Notes: a model not told the origin generated them from the letters alone. 64,000 nt of DNA from Candidatus Sigynarchaeum calidifontis (GCA_030587475.2 JAUQYZ020000114.1:1-64000), one strand, 5' to 3'; positions 26,779 to 36,822 are shown, counted from the first letter of the stretch. A program made the numbers and translations.

Positions 26779-27645
26779 ATGACCATGAAAAACGAAACAA
26801 ACTACAACTGGATCCTCAATAAAATCAAGCAGGAAGGCGCGTTACACGCGTCATTGATCGATCCGGACGAGCTGAAGCAACCAGCAGCGGTCGCAGGACG
26901 CATGGCCGAGCTCGCGGACCATGCAGGAACCGACATGTTTTTCGTCGGGGGATCCACGTGTTTTAGCCAGGCTTTCATCGAGAAGACCCAAAAAGCGATA
27001 AAGAAAAGCTCGAGCAAGCCCTTGATCATTTTTCCGGGCGGAATAAATGCAGTATGTTATCCCGCTGACGCGATCCTGTTCCTCTCAATCCTCAATTCAA
27101 CTAATCCATATTTCATAATCGGGGGTCAAACCTTGGGTGCCGTGGCTATCAAGATGAGCGGCATGGAAACGATCTCTTGCGGCTATCTCGTGGTCGCGCC
27201 AGGTGGCGCCGCCGGCTGGATGTCTGACTGCAAGCCCCTCCCGCGGTACAAGCCCGAGATCGCCGTCGGGTACGCCCTCGCGGCCCAGTACATGGGCTTC
27301 AAGCTGCTCTATCTCGAAGCAGGGTCGGGTGCCGACACGTCGGTACCCATCGACATGATCAAGAAGGTTAAGAAGTATTGCGATTTGCCGCTCATCGTTG
27401 GCGGTGGCGTGAACACGCCTGAAGATGCCCGCGAAAAGGTCCTCGCTGGTGCCGACATCATCGTCCAGGGCACGTTCATCGAGGAAAACATACAGCGAGA
27501 TGGTGGTGAATCGCTTGCCCGTATCATCCAGGCCATCAAGGAGGCTGGAAAGGAGAAGATCGCGAGCAAGTACGGGAAGGACGTTTCGGTGCCCGAATCA
27601 GACAGCAGCGTCGCTCGGGCAGAGAACGGCGTTCCAGGTAACTGA
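26779..27645 (+). CDS. Geranylgeranylglyceryl phosphate synthase (group II)
   Basis: LIDPD, VGGS, IFPG, FLSILNS.NP.FI.G, YLEAGSG and VGGG. GW..D.KP.PR carries the aromatic anchor typical of hexameric group II enzymes. Confidence 0.92.
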   Translation: MTMKNETNYNWILNKIKQEGALHASLIDPDELKQPAAVAGRMAELADHAGTDMFFVGGSTCFSQAFIEKTQKAIKKSSSKPLIIFPGGINAVCYPADAILFLSILNSTNPYFIIGGQTLGAVAIKMSGMETISCGYLVVAPGGAAGWMSDCKPLPRYKPEIAVGYALAAQYMGFKLLYLEAGSGADTSVPIDMIKKVKKYCDLPLIVGGGVNTPEDAREKVLAGADIIVQGTFIEENIQRDGGESLARIIQAIKEAGKEKIASKYGKDVSVPESDSSVARAENGVPGN

Positions 27646-27691
27646 ACAACCCCCTTTATTTCCGACAATTTCATCTCGAAGCGCACCAAAA

Positions 27692-28642
27692 ATGGCAACA
27701 CAACCCGCCGGCGAGGTCAAGAGGAGCAAGCAGTCGCGTGATGGCGCGTTCAAAGCATACATCGAGGTCTTGCGGCCGGTGAACTGCATTTTCGGTTCCT
27801 TGACGGTCTTGATCGGGATCTTGAACGGGATCGTTAGATCGAGGCTCGGTGAATTTCTTGCTTCGATACAGGGATTGCTCGTGGTCATTGGCGGACTCGT
27901 GGTCTATTTCTTTGTCGCGGGGGCGAGCAACTTGATCAACGACATCTTCGACGTGAGGATCGACGCGATAAACCGGCCGGGCCGGCCGCTACCTCGTGGC
28001 GCCATCTCTCTGGTTGCAGCGCGTCGTTTTTTCCTGATACTATGCATCATCGCCATAGCTATGTCCGTGGTGGTCGGTTTGTTCACCCCAAACCCTCTCT
28101 TGATCCCATTCTCCGTGGCGTTTTTTCTGTTTGTCGGCTACGTGTATGCCCGGTGGGGCAAGCCTTCAGGGTTCCCCGGCAATTTGATGGTCGGCGCGGC
28201 TTTCTCCTTCGGGATCCCCTTCGGTTCCTTCCACGTGGCGTGGATCACGGCGATTCCCGTGGTGATCTGGTTTTTTTTCGGGACATCCGCTTTTTTACTC
28301 ATTAGCAGGGAGTTGGTGAAGGGCATGGAGGATATAGAGGGTGACCGCAAGTTCAACATAAAGACGGTGGCAAGCACCAGGGGAACCAAGACCGCGACCA
28401 CTGGATCGATAATATTTTCGGTTCTTGCCCTTGTCACGTTCACGACACCTGCATTTTCGCTGATTTCGAGCATTGCATTCATCACTTTGATGGTCCTCGG
28501 GGACCTGGCTGTCCTGGTCTCGATCATGCTATTGCTCAAGGATCGCGATTCCAAGAAGAACCAGAAGTACTCGAGCTTGATGCTCAAGGCGGGTGCATTC
28601 CTCGGCCTCGTGGCCTACGTGCTCGCCCCGCTGGGAACATGA
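27692..28642 (+). CDS. Digeranylgeranylglyceryl phosphate synthase (UbiA family)
   Basis: RPVNC, NDIFD..IDAINRP.RPLP.G and RELVK..ED..GD motifs; directly downstream of GGGPS. Confidence 0.9.
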   Translation: MATQPAGEVKRSKQSRDGAFKAYIEVLRPVNCIFGSLTVLIGILNGIVRSRLGEFLASIQGLLVVIGGLVVYFFVAGASNLINDIFDVRIDAINRPGRPLPRGAISLVAARRFFLILCIIAIAMSVVVGLFTPNPLLIPFSVAFFLFVGYVYARWGKPSGFPGNLMVGAAFSFGIPFGSFHVAWITAIPVVIWFFFGTSAFLLISRELVKGMEDIEGDRKFNIKTVASTRGTKTATTGSIIFSVLALVTFTTPAFSLISSIAFITLMVLGDLAVLVSIMLLLKDRDSKKNQKYSSLMLKAGAFLGLVAYVLAPLGT

Positions 28643-28697
28643 TGTCTTCATCACGAACACAACAAAATTAAAAGACTACATTCAACGTGTAACGATT

Positions 28698-29471
28698 ATG
28701 ATATTCTTGCTATTCCCTGATAACATTGCTTTAAACGAAACGGTTCTCTTGATCGGGGCATTCGCCTTCATCATGCTCGTTATCGGCATCCCCATGATAC
28801 TCAAGAAAAAGGATGTCATCAGCGGTCACGTGGCCCGCAAGATTGTCCACCTTCTTGCTGGATTCTCTTGCTTCATCGTCCCGTTCTTGCTATATCCGGC
28901 CCTCGCGCTCATCCTTTCCGGCTTGTTTCTGGTCGTGACACGGCTTTCAACGCCGAAAACCCAGGTGTTCCAGATGATGGGAGAAAAAGACGAGAGTGAA
29001 ACTGGCTATCTCGCCGGACCTTTTTGCTATGCCTTATCGATCAACATTCTCGTGGCGATATTCTCCTTTATGCCTCAATATTTCTTTTTCCCCGCGGCAT
29101 CGATAATGATCATGATGATCTCCGACACCGCCGCGTCCTTCTTCGGGCGCCGGTATGGCAAGCACAAGTACACGTTAAAATACACGAAGACAACTCGAAG
29201 CCTCGAGGGATCGCTGGCAATGTTTGCATCAGCCTTCGTTCTTGCCTTGTTTGCATTCGCGTTCTTCGGTAACTGGTTTCCAAACAATCACCATACCATG
29301 ACAATCGAGTGGATCTTCATTCTCTCCGTGCTCGTCGCCTCCGTATCGACGGTCGTCGAGGTCATCTCGCCATCGAATCTCGATGACCTTCTCGTCCCGA
29401 TCGCGGGTTGTTTCATCAGTTTCCTTCTCACGATTGCCGTGTTCCCTGGTTCGATCGGTCTCGTATTGTGA
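28698..29471 (+). CDS. SEC59/VTE5/DGK1-family CTP-dependent lipid (dolichol/phytol/diacylglycerol-type) kinase
   Basis: RKIVH, D.AA..FGRRYG....RSLEGS and E......DD motifs; multiple TM segments. Confidence 0.8.
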   Translation: MIFLLFPDNIALNETVLLIGAFAFIMLVIGIPMILKKKDVISGHVARKIVHLLAGFSCFIVPFLLYPALALILSGLFLVVTRLSTPKTQVFQMMGEKDESETGYLAGPFCYALSINILVAIFSFMPQYFFFPAASIMIMMISDTAASFFGRRYGKHKYTLKYTKTTRSLEGSLAMFASAFVLALFAFAFFGNWFPNNHHTMTIEWIFILSVLVASVSTVVEVISPSNLDDLLVPIAGCFISFLLTIAVFPGSIGLVL

Positions 29472-29498
29472 ACTCGCGCGGTCCATTTTTCCTTGTTT

Positions 29499-30119
29499 TC
29501 AAGCATTTCTCTTTCGCAGGAGCGCGTGGATCGTGATGTTTGCCCCGGGCACTTCCTTTTCATCGATCAACACGAAGCCAAATCGCTGGTAAAATCTAAC
29601 GTTTTCTTTCTCGGACGTTTCGAGATAGCAATGGATATTTGCTTCGTCGAGCAGCCCGAGAAACCGCCGCATCAAGCCACTCGCGTGGCCGCTCCTCTGG
29701 CAAGCTGGGTCAGTCGCGAGCAAGAACAAGTAAGCATGTGGCTTGGGGACGATGGTCGATCGCGCCTTCACGATGACGTCGATGATCCGGTTCTGTCGTT
29801 GGAGAAAGCGCGCCCCGAGCTTGAATAGCATGGCGAGTGCCCCGCTCTTGATCATTGCCATGCCCTGGATCCTGGCGGGTGGCGGGAGGTACATGAGAAC
29901 GGCCTCCAGGCGCTCGGACGATGCCATGACCTTCCCGTAGCGCAAGCAATAGCGGGTCATAACGGTAAAAAGCGTCACGAGCTTGGCTTGCCGCTTGTTC
30001 TCATCGGGGAACAAGTACACGTATTCCGGGTAGTCGTGGAACGCTCTGGCAAGTAGCATGGCCGACTTGTTCACGAAGGCCGGGTTTTTCGCGACGCTCG
30101 CGTCGATGTCGATGACCAT
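29499..30119 (-). CDS. GNAT family N-acetyltransferase
   Basis: YLFLLATDP..QRSG.AS.L and YLET...NV.FY.RFGF. Confidence 0.85.
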   Translation of the reverse strand: MVIDIDASVAKNPAFVNKSAMLLARAFHDYPEYVYLFPDENKRQAKLVTLFTVMTRYCLRYGKVMASSERLEAVLMYLPPPARIQGMAMIKSGALAMLFKLGARFLQRQNRIIDVIVKARSTIVPKPHAYLFLLATDPACQRSGHASGLMRRFLGLLDEANIHCYLETSEKENVRFYQRFGFVLIDEKEVPGANITIHALLRKRNA

Positions 30120-30158
30120 GAAAAATCAAGGAAGTGGATGACCGGGGCGAGTTAAATT

Positions 30159-30524
30159 TCACGGCATCGCGGCGATGGCCTGGCCGAAGTGCGCAAAATG
30201 GGCAAGATTACCTCGCCATTCGGCCAGGGAAGCTGGCGGGTAGAGACTGAAGAATGCACTCTCGATGAAGGCGAGGCGGGAAATCACCTTCTTTTCCTTG
30301 AGACGATTGTCGTGCAGCATCACGAACAAGACGCCATGTGCCCGCCGGATGCTTAACTTGCTCTGCCCGATCACCATCGCGTTGATACCACTCTCGTCCA
30401 TTTGCGATGCCAGCGTGTTGATCGCGCTAAATAACCCCGCGAGCAAGTCACTCGAAATACCCAATTCATCGCCCTTGTGATACAAGACGATGCCGTCCGA
30501 TCGTATTATCCAAACATGTTCCAT
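30159..30524 (-). CDS. Longin/roadblock-like small protein (Asgard type)
   Basis: VWII..DGIVLY, LLAGLFSAI..LA.QM..GI..MVIG..KL, LFV and F...Y pattern of stand-alone longin domains. Confidence 0.65.
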   Translation of the reverse strand: MEHVWIIRSDGIVLYHKGDELGISSDLLAGLFSAINTLASQMDESGINAMVIGQSKLSIRRAHGVLFVMLHDNRLKEKKVISRLAFIESAFFSLYPPASLAEWRGNLAHFAHFGQAIAAMP

Positions 30525-30672
30525 GGGGATTGCCTCGTGGCGTGTTTGTTCCGCGTTGATAATTCTCGCGCATGACTATGAAGAAAATCGAGGCCGACTT
30601 TTAGCAAGAAAGATAGAACAAGAGCGCGCGTAAAACAATGGAGAAAAAAAGGCGCCGGATTTCCCCGGATTG

Positions 30673-31905
30673 TTATTGTTTCGACCCGCAATAGGGGCAA
30701 AACTGGATATTGCCCTCGTCTGTCGGAAGCGCGGCCTGGCAGTTCGTGCATCGTTTCCCTCCGGATATAGATCCCGTCCCTTCGGACGTGCTGCCATCCA
30801 CAGTCCACTTGGCATCGATCACGCTCGTGTCCCTGTAACTGGCCTGGCTTGGCGTTGCTTGCCTGACTGGCTCCACTGGCTGCATCGGTTGTAGCGATCG
30901 GGAGTAGCGGGGCGCGTTCCAGGCTCCGCCCTGGTAACCGCCACCCGTTGCCGGCGAGCTATAAGCATTCTGTGCGCCGTAGGGCGACGAGCCGTACAAG
31001 GCGACCTGCCGCCGGTAATACGATGACCCATCATGCGGCGACGGGCTCGACCGGCCCTCCTCCAGGTCTATGAGAGTATTACCCACGCGGAACAGCCCTT
31101 TGATGTGGTTCACCATCCCCACGAGCGTCAATATTCCGCTCGCGATGCCCACCGGGACGAGGATACCGGTCATGGGATAAACCGCCGAGCAATAGGAAGG
31201 GGGATACCCGCCACTCGTGCAAGGAACCACCGTCGATGCAATATAGATGAGATAAATCATCGCATAGTGCGAGATGATGCAGATGGCCAGGCCAACGCCT
31301 TGCGAGTTTCTCATGTACTGCATCCCCGTCCGGCCCTTGAAAGACGTGAACATTTGCCCCACCGGTTCCCATTTCTTGTTACCGTCGACCACCGAGTACA
31401 TGAGCGAGATCACCATGGCGAACCAGTTGCCAAGCAAGAGCAAGGGCGGCGCGGCGGTGGAGGGGATGGAATATGGCAAGAAATAACGCGCCACGAGAAA
31501 GATCCCCGTCACTGCATAGAGCGGGCCGGTCGCAACCATCAAGACCAGCTCGATGAACCAGTGCTTTGCCAGCGCCGACACATCCGGGTTCCCGCTCTGC
31601 TCCCCCGCGTTTTTCATTGCCTTGAAGGCCCGTATCTTGTAATTGAGATTGGCCAGGTAGAACAGCAGGTACAAGCCCCCCACGATGCAGAAGCCCGCGA
31701 TGAAGCATCCATTCACGAATGCCGTCCTGGCATCGTAGTCCCCACCGACATAATAGTATGCCCTGCTCGATATTAATAACGTGATGATGAACGTCCCGAC
31801 CGTGCTGAGGGGCAAGATGAGCGTCGAAAGGGCCATTGTAAAGGCGGCGTCCTTGAGTTTTTTGCCCATATCGCCGAAGCCGTTATACTGTGATAATGCG
31901 GCCAT
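30673..31905 (-). CDS. Polytopic membrane protein with low-complexity tail and C-terminal zinc ribbon
   Basis: About 6 TM segments, Tyr/Gly/Pro/Gln-rich tail and CTNC...CPYCG. GGAGG SD upstream. Confidence 0.65.
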   Translation of the reverse strand: MAALSQYNGFGDMGKKLKDAAFTMALSTLILPLSTVGTFIITLLISSRAYYYVGGDYDARTAFVNGCFIAGFCIVGGLYLLFYLANLNYKIRAFKAMKNAGEQSGNPDVSALAKHWFIELVLMVATGPLYAVTGIFLVARYFLPYSIPSTAAPPLLLLGNWFAMVISLMYSVVDGNKKWEPVGQMFTSFKGRTGMQYMRNSQGVGLAICIISHYAMIYLIYIASTVVPCTSGGYPPSYCSAVYPMTGILVPVGIASGILTLVGMVNHIKGLFRVGNTLIDLEEGRSSPSPHDGSSYYRRQVALYGSSPYGAQNAYSSPATGGGYQGGAWNAPRYSRSLQPMQPVEPVRQATPSQASYRDTSVIDAKWTVDGSTSEGTGSISGGKRCTNCQAALPTDEGNIQFCPYCGSKQ

Positions 31906-32252
31906 CGTTCAAGCTACCTCCGTTAATGTCCAGGTTTTTTCCATTTTCCCTCATCCGGAACCCGATGCGTGAGATAACCGGCGTGGAACGGGTGCAGCAA
32001 GAGTCATATCATCATCAAGCTCGCGTTTCCCCGCCCGTTATTGTAATCATCACAACACGTGCTATGCTGGTAAATTGATGAATCTTCGACCTAATAAATC
32101 GAGTACCACTAAAAACGGTTTTTACCAGCGTCTCCGTGATGGTCAAGAAGCAGAAAATCGTAAGGAAGTCTTGAAGGAATGGCGCGACATCGTTTTCTAA
32201 CGCGACATCGATGGCGGAGAAAAAAAATGAAGTGAAATGGTGAAAAAGCATA

Positions 32253-33560
32253 TCATTTTTTGCGTTCTGGGGCTTTCGTGAAGAACGATAACACGAGCGA
32301 GACCAACGACGTGCACCCGAAAATGACGAAATACACGGAGTATCCAGCCAGCTTGCTATTGAGGAGGGTTCCGAAGACATTGATCGCCGGATTCGCGAGT
32401 AAAGCACCCAAGATCCCCGCCACGCCGTAGGCAGTGAAAACAAGTGCATAGTTCAAGCCCATGTATTTCGCACCGAAATATGTTCTCGTCGTTGCCGGGA
32501 ATAATGACAAGTTACCCCCGAAACAGAAGTAGACGAGGTTTCCAAAGATCGCCCAGGTATAGATCGACGGGATTGCGAAAAGCATCATCGATGCGGCCTG
32601 CACAACGAACAAGATAGCCATTGTCTTGACCCGGCCGATCTTGTCGGAAAGCTTTCCCCAGACAATGCGCCCCCCTGCGTTGCATACCCCGGCAATGGCC
32701 GCGATGTAGACGGAGATGAGCATCATGAAGTCCGAGAGCGGTATGTCCGGCGGGGTGCTATACCTGGGAATGTCCGACCCGTAGGGGGCGAAATTACCGA
32801 TGACCATCAAACCGCAAATAGCACTGCACACGTACATGCCCCATAACATGTAAAAAGTTGGTGTTTTTACCATTTCTTTTGTTTCCCAGTTTTCGACAAC
32901 GACCGTGCCGGGCTTCGGAGCGGGGGGTTCCCATCCAGCTGGTTTATATCCAACAGGGGGGTTCCGCAACACAATTCCGCCTCCAAAGGCCATCCCACCC
33001 ATGATAATACTTGCAAGGATCAACGTGCCGGACAATCCAATTAGCGGTACCATGAACTTGTATATAAAATTGAACAAAATCGATCCCGCGCCGAACCCGG
33101 CAACAGCGAGCCCGTTGACGAGCCCGACTTTATCCGGAAACCATTTCGTCGCGCAAGCAATCGGACACACGTATACCAGGCCGATGCCACCACCCCCGAT
33201 TATGCCAAACGTCACCACCATTCCCCAGATAGAACCGCCCGAGGGCACGGATGCAACCAGCCCCGCCAGGAAAACTCCTATGAGAAGAACTATGCTGCCG
33301 ATGCTCGCCACGAGCCTGGGCCCCTTCTTGTCTTGCAAGCGGCCTGCGGGTATCATGAGGATCGCGAAAAAGAGCAACGCGAACGCGAACGGGAGCAAGG
33401 CAGTCGTGTCATCGGTTCCTGGGCCTACGAAATTTTTCATCGGGGTCTTGATGAATGAATATGAATAGAGCGCACCGAGCGCGAACTGGACCACCACCGC
33501 CGCGATGACGATGATCCATCGGTTAACGAGTTTTGGTTGTTCTGATGCAACTTGTGTCAT
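32253..33560 (-). CDS. MFS transporter, oxalate:formate antiporter (OFA) family
   Basis: NRW, GRLQDK.GPR, KWFPDK.G...G.AVAGFG.G, GRIVWG.LSDKIGR and FG.K..G.NY. Confidence 0.88.
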   Translation of the reverse strand: MTQVASEQPKLVNRWIIVIAAVVVQFALGALYSYSFIKTPMKNFVGPGTDDTTALLPFAFALLFFAILMIPAGRLQDKKGPRLVASIGSIVLLIGVFLAGLVASVPSGGSIWGMVVTFGIIGGGGIGLVYVCPIACATKWFPDKVGLVNGLAVAGFGAGSILFNFIYKFMVPLIGLSGTLILASIIMGGMAFGGGIVLRNPPVGYKPAGWEPPAPKPGTVVVENWETKEMVKTPTFYMLWGMYVCSAICGLMVIGNFAPYGSDIPRYSTPPDIPLSDFMMLISVYIAAIAGVCNAGGRIVWGKLSDKIGRVKTMAILFVVQAASMMLFAIPSIYTWAIFGNLVYFCFGGNLSLFPATTRTYFGAKYMGLNYALVFTAYGVAGILGALLANPAINVFGTLLNSKLAGYSVYFVIFGCTSLVSLVLSFFTKAPERKK

Positions 33561-33725
33561 GGATTATTCCCTTCATTTTCGTTCTTGATTGGTGATCGCC
33601 TTCGTGCTGCGGGGTACTCGCAGCGGAGTATTGGAAAACGAAAGGTGGATACCGAATCGAGTCATGTAGGTTTTCAGTTAATAAAAATTTTCCATCCGGC
33701 ACGTGCTACAAGGAAAAAAAGGGTC

Positions 33726-34163
33726 CTATAAACCGAACTTGACCATCTTCCGAAACTGCTTGATCTTGTACTCCAGGTATTTCTGGACGATCGGCGACAG
33801 GTCCTCCTTTTGCAGCGCGTGGGCGATGCCCATCGCGTCGTGGTAATTGCCTTTGCGCCGTAGCTCGTCCATTCGCACGAAGCGGGCCGCGACGTCGGTA
33901 TGCTCTTGGAAATACTTGGTGACCTCCTTTTCCATGTCCTTGCGCGTGATGCGCTTCCCGTACTTCTTTTTTAGATACCGCTCGTTCATGTAATATCGCA
34001 AGGACTGCCCGCCGATGAGGAATCCGAACGTTATGGCAATGCGGCTCCACGGATCGAGGGGCACGAACAGCAGGACGAGCAAGGCGCCTCCCAGGGAGAG
34101 CGCGGAGGTCCAGAGCGTGAGTTTTTTCCGTCTATCCACGAGAGGATCAAGTGTCGTGTGCAA
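33726..34163 (-). CDS. Hypothetical small membrane protein (2 TM plus helical tail)
   Basis: Two hydrophobic segments followed by a charged helical region. Start uncertain (TTG 34163 or GTG 34139). Confidence 0.55.
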   Translation of the reverse strand: MHTTLDPLVDRRKKLTLWTSALSLGGALLVLLFVPLDPWSRIAITFGFLIGGQSLRYYMNERYLKKKYGKRITRKDMEKEVTKYFQEHTDVAARFVRMDELRRKGNYHDAMGIAHALQKEDLSPIVQKYLEYKIKQFRKMVKFGL

Positions 34164-34210
34164 AAAAAGGCCGCGATCGCGCTGGATCGTGGCAAAGGAA
34201 AGGAATTCGA

Positions 34211-34657
34211 TTACTGGAGTTCCGCCCCGCAGCCCGGGCAAAATTTTTGCGTCGCGGTGACAACTGCATGGCATTCGGAGCACTCGAACTCCCCCTCGGC
34301 TTGCGAAGGAGATGCGACTTGCTTTTGCTCATCTGGGGTTAGCTCGAGCTTCTTGATCCCGAGGCGATTCATCGCTGCCTTGAGATCCTCTTCGGTTAGC
34401 TCCTCGATCGGCTTTCCCGTGCTGGATTCGACCTTCTGGACGTCCGCGCTCGACATCTTCACCGCCGATCCCGCCGCAGCACCAGCCGCGGCTGCGGCGA
34501 AAATGATCGCCGGGCCGACCACGACGCGGCGCCTGAACACGCGCCTCGCTGTGCGCCGGAGGATCCTGCGTGCGACCCGCCTTGCAGCCACCGGCCCGAC
34601 CGCAGCGCGGATCGCGGCGCGTCGAACTGCTCTTCTGACTGGTCCTGGCATGTTCAT
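34211..34657 (-). CDS. Small protein with Arg-rich N-terminus, Ala-rich helix, acidic helical domain and zinc ribbon
   Basis: RRAVRRAA...RRILRRTARRVFRRR, TGKPIEELTEEDL and CSEC...CPGCG. Confidence 0.7.
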   Translation of the reverse strand: MNMPGPVRRAVRRAAIRAAVGPVAARRVARRILRRTARRVFRRRVVVGPAIIFAAAAAGAAAGSAVKMSSADVQKVESSTGKPIEELTEEDLKAAMNRLGIKKLELTPDEQKQVASPSQAEGEFECSECHAVVTATQKFCPGCGAELQ

Positions 34658-34788
34658 TCACGATGCTTCTTTCATTGGTGTTTGTTTAGGTCTAAGGACG
34701 TGTCATCAAACAATTCGTCCAGAATAAAAATTTGCGCGGGAAAAAGAACCACCGAGAAAAACAAGGCCGGCAGTGCTCCGTTGGGCCG

Positions 34789-36822
34789 TCATTTCTCGGT
34801 TATCTCGACGTTCACCTTGCTGAGCTCGACGCTTGTATCCTTCTCGTACATGCCCTCGATCAAGTCCCGGTAGTGTTCTGCGATCTTGCGGCGCTTGAAC
34901 TTGAGCGATGGCGTGATGTCGCCCGTTTCTTCGGTGAGTTCATGTGGAATGACGACGAACTTCTTGATTTGCGCAAAGGGATCGACTTTTGCATTGATAT
35001 CATCAACGTCGGCTTGGAACAAGGCTTTAATTTCCGGGCGATCGAGAAACGACTTGATTTCCTTCTCCGTCGCGGTCTTGGTATCGGGAAAACTCGCCAC
35101 CAAGGCCGGTAGCTCACGTTTTACATGCGCCCGGAGAGCCTCGAAGTTGGGCGTGAGCAGCGCCGAGATGAACTTCCGGCCATCTCCTTGCAGCACGAGC
35201 TGCTGGATGAAGCGCGTCGTGGAAACGAGTTCCTCGATGCTAATCGGTGGAACCTTCTTCCCCGTGCTCAGCACGAAGATCTCTTTTTTCCGGCCGATAA
35301 TGGCAAGCCTTCCTTTCTCGTCGATCTTGCCGAGATCGCCCGTGTGGAACCAGCCATCCGGATCGATGGCCTCCTTGGTTTGCTCGGGCTTTTTCCAGTA
35401 TCCCTTGAAGACCTGCGGCCCGCGGACGAGGATCTCGCCATCTTCGGCGATCCGCACCTCGGTTCCCGGGATTGGTGGACCCACGAGCCCGTACTGCACG
35501 TCGCGAGGATCGTTCATGTTCGTGACAGGCGACGTTTCGGTGAGGCCATACCCCTCGAGAATGGTGAGACCGACCGCGCCGTAGAATTTAGCCAGTTCCT
35601 GGGGCAGGGACGCGCCGCCGCTGATGAAGCAGAGGAGCTGGCCCCCGGTTTTTTCGAGCACCTTCTTGAACACGAGCGCTCGCGCCAGCTTGAGCTTGAT
35701 CAAGAGGCCGATCGGGGGCTTTTTTGCGTCCTTGTAATGCTTCCTGAGCTGCTTTACCACGCTAGCGGGCCATAACAAACGTGATAATGAAACCTCCCCG
35801 GCACGGAATCGCGTGTCAAATTCCTTGCCTACATCGACCGCCCAGTAGAAGATCTTTTTCTTGGTGGGCGAATATTCGTTGATCGTGAGCATGGCGTAGG
35901 CATAGATCTTTTCGAACACGCGGGGGACGCCGGTCAGGTACTGGGGCTTTACTTCCTGCAAGTCACGCGCCAGGTTGTCAATGTCCGAGGCGAACGCGGT
36001 GCACATGCCCACCATGATGGGGTAAAAGTGCCCGGCCATGCGCTCGAAGATATGGCTCAAGGGGAGGAATGACAGGTTGGTCTTCCCCTCGAGCCTCAAA
36101 GCGGTGACCCAGTTTGCAGCGATGCAGTTAGAAGCGATGTTCCAGTGCGTGAGCATGGCTCCTTTGGGCATGCCTGTCGTGCCGCTCGTGTAGACGATCG
36201 TGGCGAGCGAGTCGGGATCGATTTTCCCCTCGAACGCGTGGATCACTTCCCTCAAGCCAGGCTTCGCCGCTAGCGCTTTCTTGCCACTCTCGACGAACTT
36301 GTCAAGCGTCGTGAACCATGGCGGGAGTTCGATGCCCGGGTCATCGATGGCGATGCCGAGGCGGAGTGTCGGGACCTTCTCCTTGAGGCTGATGAGCGTC
36401 TTGACGTGCTCCTTGTTCTCGACGAAGGCGATGATCGTGCCCGAATCATTGAGCTGGTATTCCACGACCGAGGGCGCGAGCGACGGGTAGGCACACACGA
36501 GCACCGCGTTGATGCCGATGACCGCTTCATCTATGATGGCCCATTCCTCCCGCGTGTGCGATTGCAGCGTGATCATGTCCCCCGGTTTTACTCCTTGCTC
36601 CAGCAATGCCGCCGCGATCTCGTCCACCTTGTCCGCAAATTCCTTGTAGGTTTTCGTGTGCCATTTACCCAACCCGGCGGCGTCTAGCTTTCGGGTCATG
36701 AGCGCGGGTTGGTCAGGTCGTCTTCGCACGGTCTCCCGGAACATCTTGACCAGGTTCACCTTCGTCGTCAGATCCAGCTTCTCCCCACGCTTCTCGCGGG
36801 CTTCGATCTCGCTTAATACCAT
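34789..36822 (-). CDS. Long-chain fatty acid-CoA ligase (AMP-dependent)
   Basis: YTSGTTGMPKG, FLPLSH, GVPRVFEK, EGYGLTE, GWFHTGD and GRKKE. Start taken at MVLSE. Confidence 0.9.
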   Translation of the reverse strand: MVLSEIEAREKRGEKLDLTTKVNLVKMFRETVRRRPDQPALMTRKLDAAGLGKWHTKTYKEFADKVDEIAAALLEQGVKPGDMITLQSHTREEWAIIDEAVIGINAVLVCAYPSLAPSVVEYQLNDSGTIIAFVENKEHVKTLISLKEKVPTLRLGIAIDDPGIELPPWFTTLDKFVESGKKALAAKPGLREVIHAFEGKIDPDSLATIVYTSGTTGMPKGAMLTHWNIASNCIAANWVTALRLEGKTNLSFLPLSHIFERMAGHFYPIMVGMCTAFASDIDNLARDLQEVKPQYLTGVPRVFEKIYAYAMLTINEYSPTKKKIFYWAVDVGKEFDTRFRAGEVSLSRLLWPASVVKQLRKHYKDAKKPPIGLLIKLKLARALVFKKVLEKTGGQLLCFISGGASLPQELAKFYGAVGLTILEGYGLTETSPVTNMNDPRDVQYGLVGPPIPGTEVRIAEDGEILVRGPQVFKGYWKKPEQTKEAIDPDGWFHTGDLGKIDEKGRLAIIGRKKEIFVLSTGKKVPPISIEELVSTTRFIQQLVLQGDGRKFISALLTPNFEALRAHVKRELPALVASFPDTKTATEKEIKSFLDRPEIKALFQADVDDINAKVDPFAQIKKFVVIPHELTEETGDITPSLKFKRRKIAEHYRDLIEGMYEKDTSVELSKVNVEITEK

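Noticed and set aside
32078-32200. 40-aa small ORF (MNLRPNK...) in the spacer next to the OFA transporter
   Set aside because: No SD, no motif and atypical composition; insufficient support.
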